Below are positions 39,222 to 49,630 of a DNA stretch of 64,000 nucleotides, piece by piece. The first letter of the stretch is position 1. The number at the start of each line of letters is the position of its first letter. The notes beneath the pieces are model-generated. The model was not told where the DNA came from. It ran no database searches and saw nothing but the letters and a program-made list of their open reading frames with translations. The translations under genes were made by a program, and so were the position numbers. Origin of the DNA: Vulcanimicrobiota bacterium (lineage in GTDB: Bacteria > Vulcanimicrobiota > Vulcanimicrobiia > Vulcanimicrobiales > Vulcanimicrobiaceae); contig CAVWTN010000002.1 in NCBI GenBank assembly GCA_963757945.1, positions 458,262 to 522,261 of the forward strand, written 5' to 3'.

Positions 39222-39988
39222 CGCAAATGCTCCCGGGATTCGCTCGCCACGAACGAAGGCGCGCCGAGCGCGAGCGACGCCGGGACGATCACGGTCGTCG
39301 CGGTGCCCTTGCCTGGGGCGCTTTCCACGGTCAACGTGCCGTCGAGGAGTTCCGCACGCTTGGTCATGCTCAGCACGCCGAAATGCCGCGGTGCACGCTC
39401 TCCGATCAGCGTGGCGACATCGAAACCGGCGCCGTCGTCGAGCACGGTCCATTGGATCGTATCGCCTACGCGACGGAGCGTGGCCACGATCCGCGATGCA
39501 TTTGCATGTTTGACGACGTTTGTAATCGCCTCGTGAACGATGCGATAGAGCGCCGTCTCCACTTCCTTGGGAAAGTGCAGCGGAGCGAGTTCGTAATGAA
39601 CCGCCAGACCGTGGCTCTCGCGCAGCTCGTCCAGTTCGTGCTGGATTGTCGACACGAGCCCGACGTCGTCGAGCGCCGCCGGCCGCAGGCAGGCGACGAC
39701 CTCTCTGGCCTCCTGAAGTGCCTTGCGAACGCAACTCCCGGCACGATTCACGCTCGCCCGAACGTCGTCCGGCAAATTCGATCGTGCAACCACGACTTGA
39801 AGCTGCTGGAAGGCCGCGGTCAGCGTTTGCGTGAGACCATCGTGGATGTCCAAGCAAATTCGCTCGCGCTCCCGTTCCTGCGCCTCAAGCGTCTTCTGCA
39901 ACAGATAACGAACGCGTTGCTCCTGCTCTTGCAAAGCAGTGCGCAAGCCTGCGTCGTCGGCCTTCCTCTGCGCACTTATCTCAGACAT
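39218..39988 (-). CDS. sensor histidine kinase, HisKA_3 + HATPase_c, no TM or recognisable sensor domain
   Basis: 256 aa. H-box LDIHDGLTQTL about 45 aa from the N-terminus; ATPase motifs (ITNVVKHANA, DDGAGF, GLLSM). 4-bp overlap with the RR gene. Confidence 0.8.
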   Translation of the reverse strand: MSEISAQRKADDAGLRTALQEQEQRVRYLLQKTLEAQERERERICLDIHDGLTQTLTAAFQQLQVVVARSNLPDDVRASVNRAGSCVRKALQEAREVVACLRPAALDDVGLVSTIQHELDELRESHGLAVHYELAPLHFPKEVETALYRIVHEAITNVVKHANASRIVATLRRVGDTIQWTVLDDGAGFDVATLIGERAPRHFGVLSMTKRAELLDGTLTVESAPGKGTATTVIVPASLALGAPSFVASESREHLR

Positions 39989-40543
39989 ACGGGGCGAGCC
40001 TCGGAATCGCCCCGAATCTTAAGCCCGTTAATGATTCGGGCGTGGTGCACTGCCTGGCCTGATGGAACGTCGACATAGGCATTGCCGAACTCGGTACGGT
40101 GATCGTACTGAACTCGGCGGAAGTCCTTACCAGCAACGAGCATCGACATGCACATTTCAGCCTATTACTCGTTTTGCCCCGGAATGTGCACGGCAAACCC
40201 GCTTGTATGCGGCCTTCCCCGCCTGCGCCGCGACGCGCGTACGGCGGCACGCGACGTGCGCGCGGAATCCGTGCGCGAGCGCGGTGCTATTGCGGTGCGC
40301 GGCGAGAAAGCCACCAGCAGCAACCCTTGCGAATGAAGTGATCGGAAACGGCGGACGCCGATTCGTGTCTGGGAATCACCATGATACCAAACGGCGTTGA
40401 AAATACAGTCCCATGTATGGGGGATAATCCGGCGACCAGACGCGCAGTCACGCGAACGCCGCGGGTTCGGCTAGCCGTACTCGAGCAAAGATACGTGCGG
40501 TGCGCGTGCTGCTTGGGGAGCTATCCGAGCGCAGCCAAGTGCT
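39989..40543. other. 555-bp non-coding region with locally lower GC, upstream of the HK-RR-gvp genes
   Basis: No protein-like ORF on either strand. GC drops to roughly 50-55% around 40100-40450. Stem-loop GGGGCGA-9nt-TCGCCCC at 39990..40012. Confidence 0.4.
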
Positions 40544-43084
40544 TTATTTCGTCCGGCCTGCTAGCGCGACATATGGCGCCGCATCCGGCGCCGCCGTGAA
40601 GAAGTCGCGTAAGTCGGCGGCCAGCGCATCGCCGAGCGAGAGCGGCGGCAGCCCGAGCAGCTCCTCCTCCGTCTTCAGGACGCTCGCCGTGGAGAGATGA
40701 CGGCCGCCGAGGTAGTGCGGCTTCGCATACGGCGAGATGACGAGCGCGTAGCTTCTGTGCGCGTGAACGTGATCGCGCGAATTCTCCGCATCGTCGGGCA
40801 TGACGAAGATCGCGGTCTCCTTCCATTGCGGAAGATGCGTGAGAAACTCGACGATGCTCCCGAGCGCGGCGTCGCCGTCTTTGACTTGCTCGGCGAGAGA
40901 GGGCAGTCCGGGCGCGGCGGCACCGCGATCGCCCGGCAGCCAGATCTGCGTGAAGGCGGGGAAGCCGTTGGATGCGACCAGCTGCGAGAAGTCGGAGACG
41001 AACTCTTGCGCGCGCCGCGTATCGCGGATCGATGGGCTCCAGCCGGGATAGTCGAGGTCGATGCGCCCGGCGAGCGCCGCAAGCGCGGGGACGTCGAGCG
41101 AATAGACGCCGCCTAGCCCGGGTGCTTGCACGCTCGCTCCCGCGACGCTGCCCGTCGACGCGGTATACCCCGAGAGCCGCACGAGGTCGCCGTAATCGCG
41201 ATAGCTCAGGCGCTTACGCGCGAGCGCATCGAAGATGTAGCCGGCTCGCGGATAGTCCTCGGGATCTTGGCTGCTCGTAAACGGCAGGCGGCCGCGCTCG
41301 ATTCGCAGCGTTCGCTCGCTGAACGCCGTCGCGAGCCCCCCCGCGGCGAACTGGTGCGCCCCGTTCGATTCCTCAGCGTCCGCGTAAAAATTCGTAGCCA
41401 GCCCATACGTGCGGGCCAGCGCATGCAGATTCGGCGTGACGGATTCATCGAACGCCGTGAACGTGCGCTCGCCGTTGCCCCACGGTTTGCCCGCTGCATC
41501 CGTGAGATCGCCGAGCATCGCATCGTAGCTCTTGCTCTCTTCGAGAATCAACACGACGTGCTTGATCGCATGGCTCGCCTCGCCGGAAAAACCCTGCGGC
41601 ACGATCGGGTTCGCCGTCGCCCTGCGCGCGATGCGCACGTACGTCAGTGCCCGGCGCGTCACCCGGCCGAGATCCAGCGTGCCCAATTCGATCTTCTGCA
41701 GCGTCGCCCAGACCGCGCTGCTGTCCCCGGTGAATCCGGGTTCGTGATCCAGTCCCTTCGCGTTGGCGACGAGCAGCGTCGTATCGTTCGCGGTGAGCGC
41801 GAGCGCGCTCGGAGACCAGCCCGTGGGGATCAGGCCGATACGATGCGGCCGCACCGGATCGCGCACGTCGAGCACGGCGACGGCGTTCAGCCCCGCTAGC
41901 GCGACGTAGAGCCGCCGCTGGTCGGCGCCCAGCGCGAGCGCAACCGGCTGCGTGCCGTAGGGCGCGCGGTCGAACAATCGCAGCTCGGTCCCACCGACGA
42001 CGCGCGCGCGGCCCTTATCAAACCCCACCACCGCGATGCGATCGACGTTCGTCATCGTGACGAAGGCGTGCCGACCGTCGCGCGTGGCGACGACCGCGGT
42101 GGGATGCGCGCCGCCGATCGTCGCACGGCCGTCGGGCGGCCGATCCATCTCGAGAGCGTACGCGCGGCGCCCGTCGGGGATCCCCCCCGTCCCGAGCGGA
42201 ATGACGGAGAGCGAGGAGGATCGCCCGCGATCGATCCGCGCGCCGCGGAACTCGGGCGCTCCGAGCGCCGCCGGGAGCGCGCGATAGGCCGCGAGCCCCT
42301 CGTTCGAAACGAGCAGCCGCTCTCCGGCACGCGCTGCGCCGAAGGGGAAGTATCCGACGGGAATCACTGGGCCGGCGAGCGCGCGCGTCGCCGTGTCGAT
42401 CGTCGCAACGGTGTTCGCCATGTTGTTTATGACGTAGATCCGCGCGCCGTTCTGCGAGGGGACGAGCGTCCCGGGGAACGCGCGGCCGGCGGTCGCGAGG
42501 CGTGCATCCGCGGCGGGCGGCATCGGGATCATCGCGGCGATCGGATCGGGCGCCAGCCGCCCCGCCGCGTCCAGATCGAATGCGAGGACCGCATCGTTCG
42601 CGCCGCCGCTCGCGAAGACGAGCGTCCGGCCGCGATCGAGCGGGTCGGCGACCGCCACGATCCCGGCGAAGAACGTCGCATCGGGCGCGCGGTACTGGTC
42701 GACGAGCCGCATCGATGCGACGTCGACGACCGCGAGCGAATACCCGCCGTGGACGCGCGGATCGAGCGTGCTGATCGCGCCGCTTTGCCGGTCGTCGCAG
42801 TTCGCGACGATCGCATAGCGCCCGTCCGGGGTCAGCGCGAGACCCAGCGCGTTCGTCCCGACGAGCGTGCTGGTGCCTTCGGGAATGACCAAGCGCCCGG
42901 AGGGCAGGATCTGCGAGAACGGATCGGCTGGATCGAGCACGCCGGCCGGGCGGGTTCCCGCCGGCGGCTCGAAGGTAAGGAGCGCAACGGGCCGCGCCGT
43001 GGGGCGAGGCTGCGGATGCGCGCCGAGCAAGCTGACCGCAGCGACAAGCGCGGCCAAGAGGCGGAGTCTCACGTCATCCCGCAT
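40544..43084 (-). CDS. secreted fusion protein: YVTN-type beta-propeller repeats + C-terminal phosphoesterase-family (PLC/acid-phosphatase-like) domain
   Basis: 846 aa. Signal peptide. The N-terminal ~480 aa carry repeated beta-propeller YVTN/lactonase-like units. The C-terminus has phosphoesterase-family motifs (HVVLILEESKSYD…, …PDDAENSRDHVHAHRS). Confidence 0.65.
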   Translation of the reverse strand: MRDDVRLRLLAALVAAVSLLGAHPQPRPTARPVALLTFEPPAGTRPAGVLDPADPFSQILPSGRLVIPEGTSTLVGTNALGLALTPDGRYAIVANCDDRQSGAISTLDPRVHGGYSLAVVDVASMRLVDQYRAPDATFFAGIVAVADPLDRGRTLVFASGGANDAVLAFDLDAAGRLAPDPIAAMIPMPPAADARLATAGRAFPGTLVPSQNGARIYVINNMANTVATIDTATRALAGPVIPVGYFPFGAARAGERLLVSNEGLAAYRALPAALGAPEFRGARIDRGRSSSLSVIPLGTGGIPDGRRAYALEMDRPPDGRATIGGAHPTAVVATRDGRHAFVTMTNVDRIAVVGFDKGRARVVGGTELRLFDRAPYGTQPVALALGADQRRLYVALAGLNAVAVLDVRDPVRPHRIGLIPTGWSPSALALTANDTTLLVANAKGLDHEPGFTGDSSAVWATLQKIELGTLDLGRVTRRALTYVRIARRATANPIVPQGFSGEASHAIKHVVLILEESKSYDAMLGDLTDAAGKPWGNGERTFTAFDESVTPNLHALARTYGLATNFYADAEESNGAHQFAAGGLATAFSERTLRIERGRLPFTSSQDPEDYPRAGYIFDALARKRLSYRDYGDLVRLSGYTASTGSVAGASVQAPGLGGVYSLDVPALAALAGRIDLDYPGWSPSIRDTRRAQEFVSDFSQLVASNGFPAFTQIWLPGDRGAAAPGLPSLAEQVKDGDAALGSIVEFLTHLPQWKETAIFVMPDDAENSRDHVHAHRSYALVISPYAKPHYLGGRHLSTASVLKTEEELLGLPPLSLGDALAADLRDFFTAAPDAAPYVALAGRTK

Positions 43085-43159
43085 ACGCGGTGAAACAGAC
43101 GGCTCCTAGCTGCCCATCGGCAAGCTCAAGGTGACTGGAGGGTTAGGCCACCCTGAGTC

Positions 43160-44632
43160 TCATCGAAGGGCGGGTGGGGCCCCGCAGCGCTCGAGCGCGC
43201 GGGAGAGTCGCGCGATCCCCTCGCGCGCGGTCGCCTCGTCCAGATCGCCGAAGGAAAGCCGCAGGGCCGCGGGGCCCGAGCGGGTCGGGTACGACGGGTC
43301 GGCCGGCATCACTAGGACCCCTTCGCGCGCGCATTCGTCGAAGGCCGCCTGCGTCGAGATGCGCGGCGGGAGGGGAAGCCACATCGTCAAGCCCGCGGCC
43401 GGGGGGCGCACGTTCGCCCACGGCAGGGCGCGCGCCAGCTCTTCGACGAACGCGTCGCGCCGGCGACGGTAGAGCGCGCGCGCCGACCGCAAGTGCTTGG
43501 GATACGCGGGCGACTCCATGAAGCGCCGCAGCGACCGCTGCATCAGCGTCGAGGTGAACGAGTCCGTGCGCTCCTTCGCCGCCGCGAAGGGCGCGTGGAG
43601 CGCGCCGCGCGCGTGGATGTAGCCGACGCGCAGCGCCGGGAAGATCGATTTCGAAAGGCTCTCGAGCACGATCGTGCGCCCGTCGACGTCGTACGCCGCG
43701 AGCGGCGCGGGGGGCTCCCCGTCGTAGGTGAAGACCCAGCCGGTCTGATCTTCGAGAATCACGACGTCGTAACGCCGCGCGAGCGCCACGATCGCCTTCG
43801 CGCGGCGCTCGGGCAAAATGCCGCCGATTGGATTCTGCGCGAACGGGTTCAGGTAGAGCAAGCGCGGACGGTACTCGGCGAAGACGCGCTCGACGTCGTC
43901 GACGCGGACGCCGTCGTCGTCGGTCGCAAGCTCGACGTAGGTCACGCCGCGCGCATCGAACGCGCCGAGCGTGGCGGCGTAGGTCGGGCTCTCGGCCGCC
44001 ACGACCGAGCGCGGTTCGAGCAGCGTCCCCGCGACGATGTCGACGGCTTGCTGCGCGCCCGAACACACGATCAGATCGTTCGCGGAAACCTCCACGCCGC
44101 GAGCGCGCAGAGCGTTTGCGAGCGTCTCGCGCAGTTGGGGATCGCCGCTCCCCGAAGCGTACTGCATCGTCTCGGGCGGATCGTCCGCCAGCGTCCGCTG
44201 GACGCAGCGCCCGAACTCCGCGAGCGGGAAGGTCTCGGGCGCCGGGTAACCGGTCGCAAGCGAGATCGTGCCCGGGCGGTTCGCCAGCTCGAGCCGGGCG
44301 AGGACGTTCTCCATTCGCGCGCGAGTGACTCCGCCGAGGTCCGGTTCCCAGCGGCGCGCCAAGGGTTCGGCGGCAACCGCGGCGCGCGCCACGAACGAGC
44401 CCTTGCCGACGCGCGTGACGATGCGGCCGCGCGCCGAGAGCGCCTCGTACGCCTGCGAAACCGTGACCAGTCCGCAGCCGAGGCTCTTCGCGAGCGAACG
44501 CATCCCGGGCAACCGGTCCCCTGCGGCGAACTCACCGCGCTCGATCTGCGCCGCGAGGCCGTCCGCAATCTGAACGTAGAGCGGGCGCTTGTCCCGTTCG
44601 TCGAGGACGATCGCGCCCGGAGGCTCGTTCAC
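43160..44632 (-). CDS. MocR/GntR-family PLP-dependent aminotransferase-like transcriptional regulator
   Basis: N-terminal GntR wHTH (PLYVQIADGLAAQIERGEF…LPGMRSLAKSLG), then a class-I aminotransferase domain with a PLP lysine motif (LSKSIFPALRVGY). GTG start at 44632 overlaps the upstream stop (GTGA). Confidence 0.8.
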   Translation of the reverse strand: MNEPPGAIVLDERDKRPLYVQIADGLAAQIERGEFAAGDRLPGMRSLAKSLGCGLVTVSQAYEALSARGRIVTRVGKGSFVARAAVAAEPLARRWEPDLGGVTRARMENVLARLELANRPGTISLATGYPAPETFPLAEFGRCVQRTLADDPPETMQYASGSGDPQLRETLANALRARGVEVSANDLIVCSGAQQAVDIVAGTLLEPRSVVAAESPTYAATLGAFDARGVTYVELATDDDGVRVDDVERVFAEYRPRLLYLNPFAQNPIGGILPERRAKAIVALARRYDVVILEDQTGWVFTYDGEPPAPLAAYDVDGRTIVLESLSKSIFPALRVGYIHARGALHAPFAAAKERTDSFTSTLMQRSLRRFMESPAYPKHLRSARALYRRRRDAFVEELARALPWANVRPPAAGLTMWLPLPPRISTQAAFDECAREGVLVMPADPSYPTRSGPAALRLSFGDLDEATAREGIARLSRALERCGAPPALR

Positions 44633-45327
44633 GCGGCGTCGAGCCGGTACCCGATGCCGCGAACCGAGGATATCTGCACGATCGAGCCCACCTCGGAGAG
44701 CTTCTTGCGCAACGCGGCGACGTGCACGTCGACGACGCGCGTCGGCACGCCCGAGACGTCGTTCCAGACGCGCTCGAGGATCTGCGCGCGCGTCAGCAAC
44801 CTGCCTTCGGCCTCCGCCAAGAACCACAGCAAACGGAATTCGAGCGCCGTCAGGCTGGTGGTCCGTTCGCCTCGTTCGAGCACGTGCAGATCGCGCAGCA
44901 GGCGCGCGTCGCCGATGCCGAGCGTCGCGCCGTTTGCGTTCGCGCGAGCCCGATCGCGGCGCCGCAAGAACGCGCCGATGCGAGCGATCAGCTCGCTCGG
45001 TAGAAAGGGCTTGGTGATGTAGTCGTCGGCCCCGAGACCGAGGCCCCGCAGCTTGAACTCTTCCTCCGCGTGACCGCTCACGAGCAAGATGTACGCATCG
45101 GCGCTCTCAGCGATCGCCGTGCACACGTCGAGCCCCGACATATCGGGCAAGCCGATATCCAACAGCACGACGTCCGGGTGATATTTCGTCATCAGCTGCA
45201 AGCCGGCCGAGCCGTTCGACGCGATGCGCGCATCGTAGCCGGCCTTCGCCAAAACGAGCTGCTCGAAGCGCGCCGTGTCGGCGTCATCTTCGACGATCAG
45301 CACCCGGGCCGCCGAGCTGTCGATCAT
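44629..45327 (-). CDS. OmpR/PhoB-family response regulator
   Basis: REC domain (LIVEDD…VVLLDIGLPDMSG) plus winged-helix trans_reg_C (LTALEFRLLWFLAEAEGRLLTRAQIL…GIGYRL). No cognate kinase adjacent. Confidence 0.85.
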   Translation of the reverse strand: MIDSSAARVLIVEDDADTARFEQLVLAKAGYDARIASNGSAGLQLMTKYHPDVVLLDIGLPDMSGLDVCTAIAESADAYILLVSGHAEEEFKLRGLGLGADDYITKPFLPSELIARIGAFLRRRDRARANANGATLGIGDARLLRDLHVLERGERTTSLTALEFRLLWFLAEAEGRLLTRAQILERVWNDVSGVPTRVVDVHVAALRKKLSEVGSIVQISSVRGIGYRLDAA

Positions 45328-46775
45328 TTCCGAAGGCCGATCCCCACGGGAATGTCCTCGCTGTCGACCGCGAGCAGGCGCCGCCCAACGCCTTCGCGCG
45401 CGGCTTCCGATGCGACGGCCTTCGCGACGGCGTCGACGACGCGCGGATCGAAAACGCTGGGAATGACGTACTCCGGGCCACGTTCGGCATCGGTGACGAT
45501 CTCCGCGATCGCATGAGCGGCCGCAAGCTTCATCCCTTCGGTGATCTTTCGCGAACGGCTATCGAGTGCGCCGCGGAAGATGCCGGGGAACGCGAGCAGG
45601 TTGTTGACCTGATTGGGAAAGTCCGAGCGGCCGGTCGCCATCACCGCGACGTAGGGCGCCGCGACGTCCGGCATGATCTCGGGCGTCGGGTTGGCCATCG
45701 CGAAAACGATCGGGTCGCGCGCCATCAGCTGGAGATCGGCGGGCTTGAGGATGCCGGGCGCCGAGACGCCGATGAAGACGTCCGCGCCGCGCAAGACCTC
45801 GCCGAGCTTCCCGCGGCGGTTCTCGCGATTCGTGTTCTGCGCGAGCCACGTCCAATGCGAGTTCGTGTAGGTGTCGTCGCGATTGAGCGCGCCCTCGCGG
45901 TCGACGGGGATCACGTCGTGCACGCCGGCGGCGAGGAGCATCTTGATCGTCGCCGTGCCGGCCGCGCCGGAACCCACGACGACGACGGTGAGGTCCTCGA
46001 TGCGCTTGTCGACGACTTTCGCCGCATTGATCAGCGCCGCCAGGATCACGACGGCGGTTCCATGCTGATCGTCGTGCATCACGGGAATGTCGAGCCGCTC
46101 GATCAAGCGCCGTTCGATCTCGAAACAGCGGGGCGCCGAGATGTCCTCGAGGTTGATGCCCCCGAAGATCGGCGCGATGCGAACGACGGTCTCGACGATC
46201 TCGTCGACGTCCTTTGTATCCAAGCAGATCGGGAACGCGTCGATCCCGGCGAACTGCTTGAAGAGCATCGCTTTGCCTTCCATCACGGGCGCGGCGCCAT
46301 ATGGACCGATATCCCCGAGGCCAAGCACCGCCGTGCCGTCGGAGACGACGGCGACCGTGTTGCGCTTGATCGTGAATTGATAGGCCTTCGAGGGATCGTC
46401 GGCGATGGCCATCGAGACGCGCGCGACGCCCGGCGTGTAGACCGTCGAAAGGTCGTGCCGCGTCTTGACCGGGACCGTCCCTTCGACGCGAATCTTGCCA
46501 CCCTGATGGGCCAGAAACGTGCTATCCGAGACGCTGATCACCTTGACGTCGCCAAGGCCTTGGACGATCGCGCGCACCGCGGCGGCGACGGCATCGGAAG
46601 GAACGTTGACCGTGACGTCGCGCGTCACCGCCGCCTTGCCGATCGCGCACACGTCGATGCCGCCGACGATCCCGCCGGCCGATCCGATCGCGGAAGCGAG
46701 TTCGGCGAAGGCTCCCGGGGTATTCGGCATCTCGAGGCGCATGATGAGGGAAAAACCAATTGCAGGGCTTGCCAT
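45324..46775 (-). CDS. NAD(P)-dependent malic enzyme with N-terminal ACT-like domain
   Basis: Malic enzyme conserved blocks (FNDDIQGTA-like [21 protein letters not shown]) and a Rossmann NAD-binding region. About 65 aa regulatory N-terminal domain. Confidence 0.85.
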   Translation of the reverse strand: MASPAIGFSLIMRLEMPNTPGAFAELASAIGSAGGIVGGIDVCAIGKAAVTRDVTVNVPSDAVAAAVRAIVQGLGDVKVISVSDSTFLAHQGGKIRVEGTVPVKTRHDLSTVYTPGVARVSMAIADDPSKAYQFTIKRNTVAVVSDGTAVLGLGDIGPYGAAPVMEGKAMLFKQFAGIDAFPICLDTKDVDEIVETVVRIAPIFGGINLEDISAPRCFEIERRLIERLDIPVMHDDQHGTAVVILAALINAAKVVDKRIEDLTVVVVGSGAAGTATIKMLLAAGVHDVIPVDREGALNRDDTYTNSHWTWLAQNTNRENRRGKLGEVLRGADVFIGVSAPGILKPADLQLMARDPIVFAMANPTPEIMPDVAAPYVAVMATGRSDFPNQVNNLLAFPGIFRGALDSRSRKITEGMKLAAAHAIAEIVTDAERGPEYVIPSVFDPRVVDAVAKAVASEAAREGVGRRLLAVDSEDIPVGIGLRK

Positions 46776-46879
46776 GCCCCTAGGTTATCGGCAGAAAATG
46801 ATAGGTCCTCGCAGGCGCGCCGCAAACGCCGCGCCCAAGCCCCGCCGGGTCGAGCGTCCACGCTCGGCGGGCGCCCGCG

Positions 46880-48235
46880 CTATTGGCCCGAGACCGTCAT
46901 TTCCGCCACGCGAAACGACGGCGCGACGATCGCGCCGTCGAACCGCAGATCGTTCGCGACGCCGTCGATCGCGGCGAGCATCGTCGCCAGGTTCCCGGCG
47001 ATCGTGAACTCGTCGAGGGGGCCAGCGAGTTCCCCGTTCTCGATCGCGAAACCGCGGGCTCCGCGACTATAGGTTCCGCTGACGTATTCCGTTGCGAAGC
47101 CGATCGTATCGACGACAAAAACGCCGCGCGCCGTTCCCGCGATCAGCTCGGCGAGCGTCTGCGAGCCCGGTTCCAGGAAGAAATTGTTCGGTCCCACGCC
47201 GCCGCCCGCCGCGTTCGCCGTCGATTTCGCGCCGAGCTTACGGCCGTAATAGACGTCGAAGAGATACGTGCGCAACACGCCGCGGTCGAAGACGACGGTG
47301 CGACGCGTCGGGACGCCCTCGGCATCGAAGGGCGACGTGCCCAGGCCCCCGACGAGCCGGCCGTCGTCGACGATCGTCACGAGGTCGCTGCCGACGCGCT
47401 CTCCGACTCGGTCGATCAGAAACGAGTTGCCGACCGCGACGTGCGCCGCATTCACGGAAGCGAACACGTCGGAGAGCACGGCCGCCGCGACGTCGCGCTC
47501 GAAAATGACCGGCACGCGCATCGTCGCAGGCCGGCGCGCGCCGCAAAGATCCACCGCCCGCCGCGCCGCCGTTTCGGCGATCGAGGCGACCGATTCGAGC
47601 GCGGCATAACCGCGCGCCGCGCTTCCATAGCCGGCAACGCGCAGATTGGCACCGTCTTGCGCGATCGGCGCGGTGCTGCGCGACGCGCTCGAAGCCCGAA
47701 ACGAGCCTCGAAAACCGCGTGAATTCACGAGTGCCAGCGTCGTCGTCCCATCGGCGACGCGCGAGCCGCTCGAATTCGCGATGCGCGGGTCGACCTCGCG
47801 AATGCGGCGCTCCAACTCGAGCGCGTCGTCCAGCTTCGCTTCGACGGCGCGCTCGCGCACGTCCGCGGCGAGGATCCCGAGGTCCGCGCCTTCTGCGGCC
47901 GGCGGCAGGTCGTCGGGCAAGCCGGCGAACGGGTCGATCGCGACGTGCCCCGCCGCATCGACCACTTCGCGCGCCAGCGCACCGAGCGTGGCGGCGGAAA
48001 GGTCGGTCGTCGCAAGCGTCGCTTTCGCGCCGTTCTTGAAGACGCGCAGGGTCAGCGCGCGGCCGATCGATTGTTCGAGCTTCGCGATCTCGCGGCCGCG
48101 CGCTTCGGTGGAAAAACGTTCCGATACGTGAACCGTCGCCTCGGCGTCCGTCGCGCCCGCGGCGAGCGCCGCCTCGACGGCGCGTCCCGCGATTTCGAGC
48201 TCAAGCTCCAAGCGCGGAACCCCCGACCGTCGCAT
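46880..48235 (-). CDS. PmbA/TldE-family metalloprotease
   Basis: TldD/PmbA family similarity throughout. Paired with the downstream tldD. Start uncertain because the 5' end overlaps tldD by 35 bp. Confidence 0.75.
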   Translation of the reverse strand: MRRSGVPRLELELEIAGRAVEAALAAGATDAEATVHVSERFSTEARGREIAKLEQSIGRALTLRVFKNGAKATLATTDLSAATLGALAREVVDAAGHVAIDPFAGLPDDLPPAAEGADLGILAADVRERAVEAKLDDALELERRIREVDPRIANSSGSRVADGTTTLALVNSRGFRGSFRASSASRSTAPIAQDGANLRVAGYGSAARGYAALESVASIAETAARRAVDLCGARRPATMRVPVIFERDVAAAVLSDVFASVNAAHVAVGNSFLIDRVGERVGSDLVTIVDDGRLVGGLGTSPFDAEGVPTRRTVVFDRGVLRTYLFDVYYGRKLGAKSTANAAGGGVGPNNFFLEPGSQTLAELIAGTARGVFVVDTIGFATEYVSGTYSRGARGFAIENGELAGPLDEFTIAGNLATMLAAIDGVANDLRFDGAIVAPSFRVAEMTVSGQ

Positions 48236-49607
48236 GCGAGAGCTTGACCGTCGGCAGGCCGACTCCGACCGGCACGTACTGCCCGCCCTTGCCGCAGGTA
48301 TAGAAGCGCCCCGCGAGCCGGCTATCGTTGCCGACCGCTACGACGCGCGTCATGACCTCGGGACCGTTGCCGATCAGCGTTGCGCCGCGCACCGGACGCG
48401 TCAGCTTGCCGTCTTCGATCAGGTATCCCTCGGCGAGCATGAAGACGAAATCGCCCTTGCTGATCTCGACTTGTCCACCCGCAAACGACTTCGCGAACAG
48501 CCCGCGTTTGACCGAGCCGATGATCTCTTCGTAGGTCGATTCGCCGCTGGGCATGTAGGTGTTGCACATGCGCGGCTGCGGCATGCTGCGAAACGATTGA
48601 CGCCTGCCGCTGCCCGTGGACGAACACTCCATCAAGGTCGCATTGAGACGATCGTGCATGTAACCGCACAGGATGCCGTTCTCGACCAGAACTTTGTGGG
48701 AGCCGGGCGTTCCCTCGTCGTCGACCGCGACGCTGCCGCGTTCTTCGGGCAGATTGCCGTCGTCGTAGATCGTCACGAGCTCGCTCGCAACGCGCTCGCC
48801 GATGCGCCCGCTGTAGAGCGAGGTGCCTTGCCGGTTGAAATCCCCTTCGAGACCGTGGCCGACCGCCTCGTGGAGCAGAACGCCCCCGCTCCCCGCGCCG
48901 ACGACGACCGGCAATTCGCCCGCGGGCGCCTCGACCGCCTCCGCGTTGACCGCGGCGACGCGCGCCGCTTCACGCGCGATCGCTTCAGGAGTCTGCTCGA
49001 GGAAATATGCAAGGCTCGTGCGCCCGCCGTCGGCGGAGAAGCCGTTGCCGCGCACGGTGCCGCGCGCGACGCACTGCACCGCGAGCGTCACGAGCGGCCT
49101 GCGGTCGGTCACGTAGCGGCCCTCGCTCGTCGCGATCACGACCTCCTGCAATTCCTGCGCGATCGACGCGTTGACCGCGACGATCCGCGGATCGAAGGCG
49201 CGCGCGGCGACGTCGGCGCGCGAGAGCAGATCGACGTAGGCTGCGGACGCGCTTCCGTCGAGGGCGGCGGCCGCGTGATAGATATCAGGTGCGAGTTGCG
49301 GCCGCGTACCGAGGTCCACGCTCGCCGCACGCGAGGAGCCGCCGCGGGCGATGTACGAAGCGATCCGCGCCGTGCGCAGCAACGCCTCGCGCGAGAGGTC
49401 GTCCGTGTGCGCGTAGCCCGCGCGTTCGCCGGAGAGCACGCGTATCCCGACGCCGCTCGTGACCGTCAGACCCGCTTCGTGGATCGCGCCGTCCTGAAGC
49501 CGGAACGAACGCGCGGTGCGATGCTCGTAGAATGCGTCGGCGTAGTCGCCGGCGCCGATCGCCTCGGCAAGGACGGCGGAAAAAGTCGCCGCGTCGATCG
49601 TCTCCAT
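48201..49607 (-). CDS. tldD: TldD-family metalloprotease
   Basis: TldD motifs (HEAVGHGLEGD, …GYMHD…). 468 aa. Confidence 0.85.
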   Translation of the reverse strand: METIDAATFSAVLAEAIGAGDYADAFYEHRTARSFRLQDGAIHEAGLTVTSGVGIRVLSGERAGYAHTDDLSREALLRTARIASYIARGGSSRAASVDLGTRPQLAPDIYHAAAALDGSASAAYVDLLSRADVAARAFDPRIVAVNASIAQELQEVVIATSEGRYVTDRRPLVTLAVQCVARGTVRGNGFSADGGRTSLAYFLEQTPEAIAREAARVAAVNAEAVEAPAGELPVVVGAGSGGVLLHEAVGHGLEGDFNRQGTSLYSGRIGERVASELVTIYDDGNLPEERGSVAVDDEGTPGSHKVLVENGILCGYMHDRLNATLMECSSTGSGRRQSFRSMPQPRMCNTYMPSGESTYEEIIGSVKRGLFAKSFAGGQVEISKGDFVFMLAEGYLIEDGKLTRPVRGATLIGNGPEVMTRVVAVGNDSRLAGRFYTCGKGGQYVPVGVGLPTVKLSHATVGGSALGA

Positions 49608-49630
49608 TCCGGGTCTCTTTTCGATGAACC

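Noticed and set aside
39981-40250. 89-aa minus-strand ORF upstream of the histidine kinase (possible N-terminal extension or sensor)
   Set aside because: Its frame differs from the HK frame and its composition is not protein-like. The HK start is supported by the 4-bp-coupled operon structure and an ATG at 39988.
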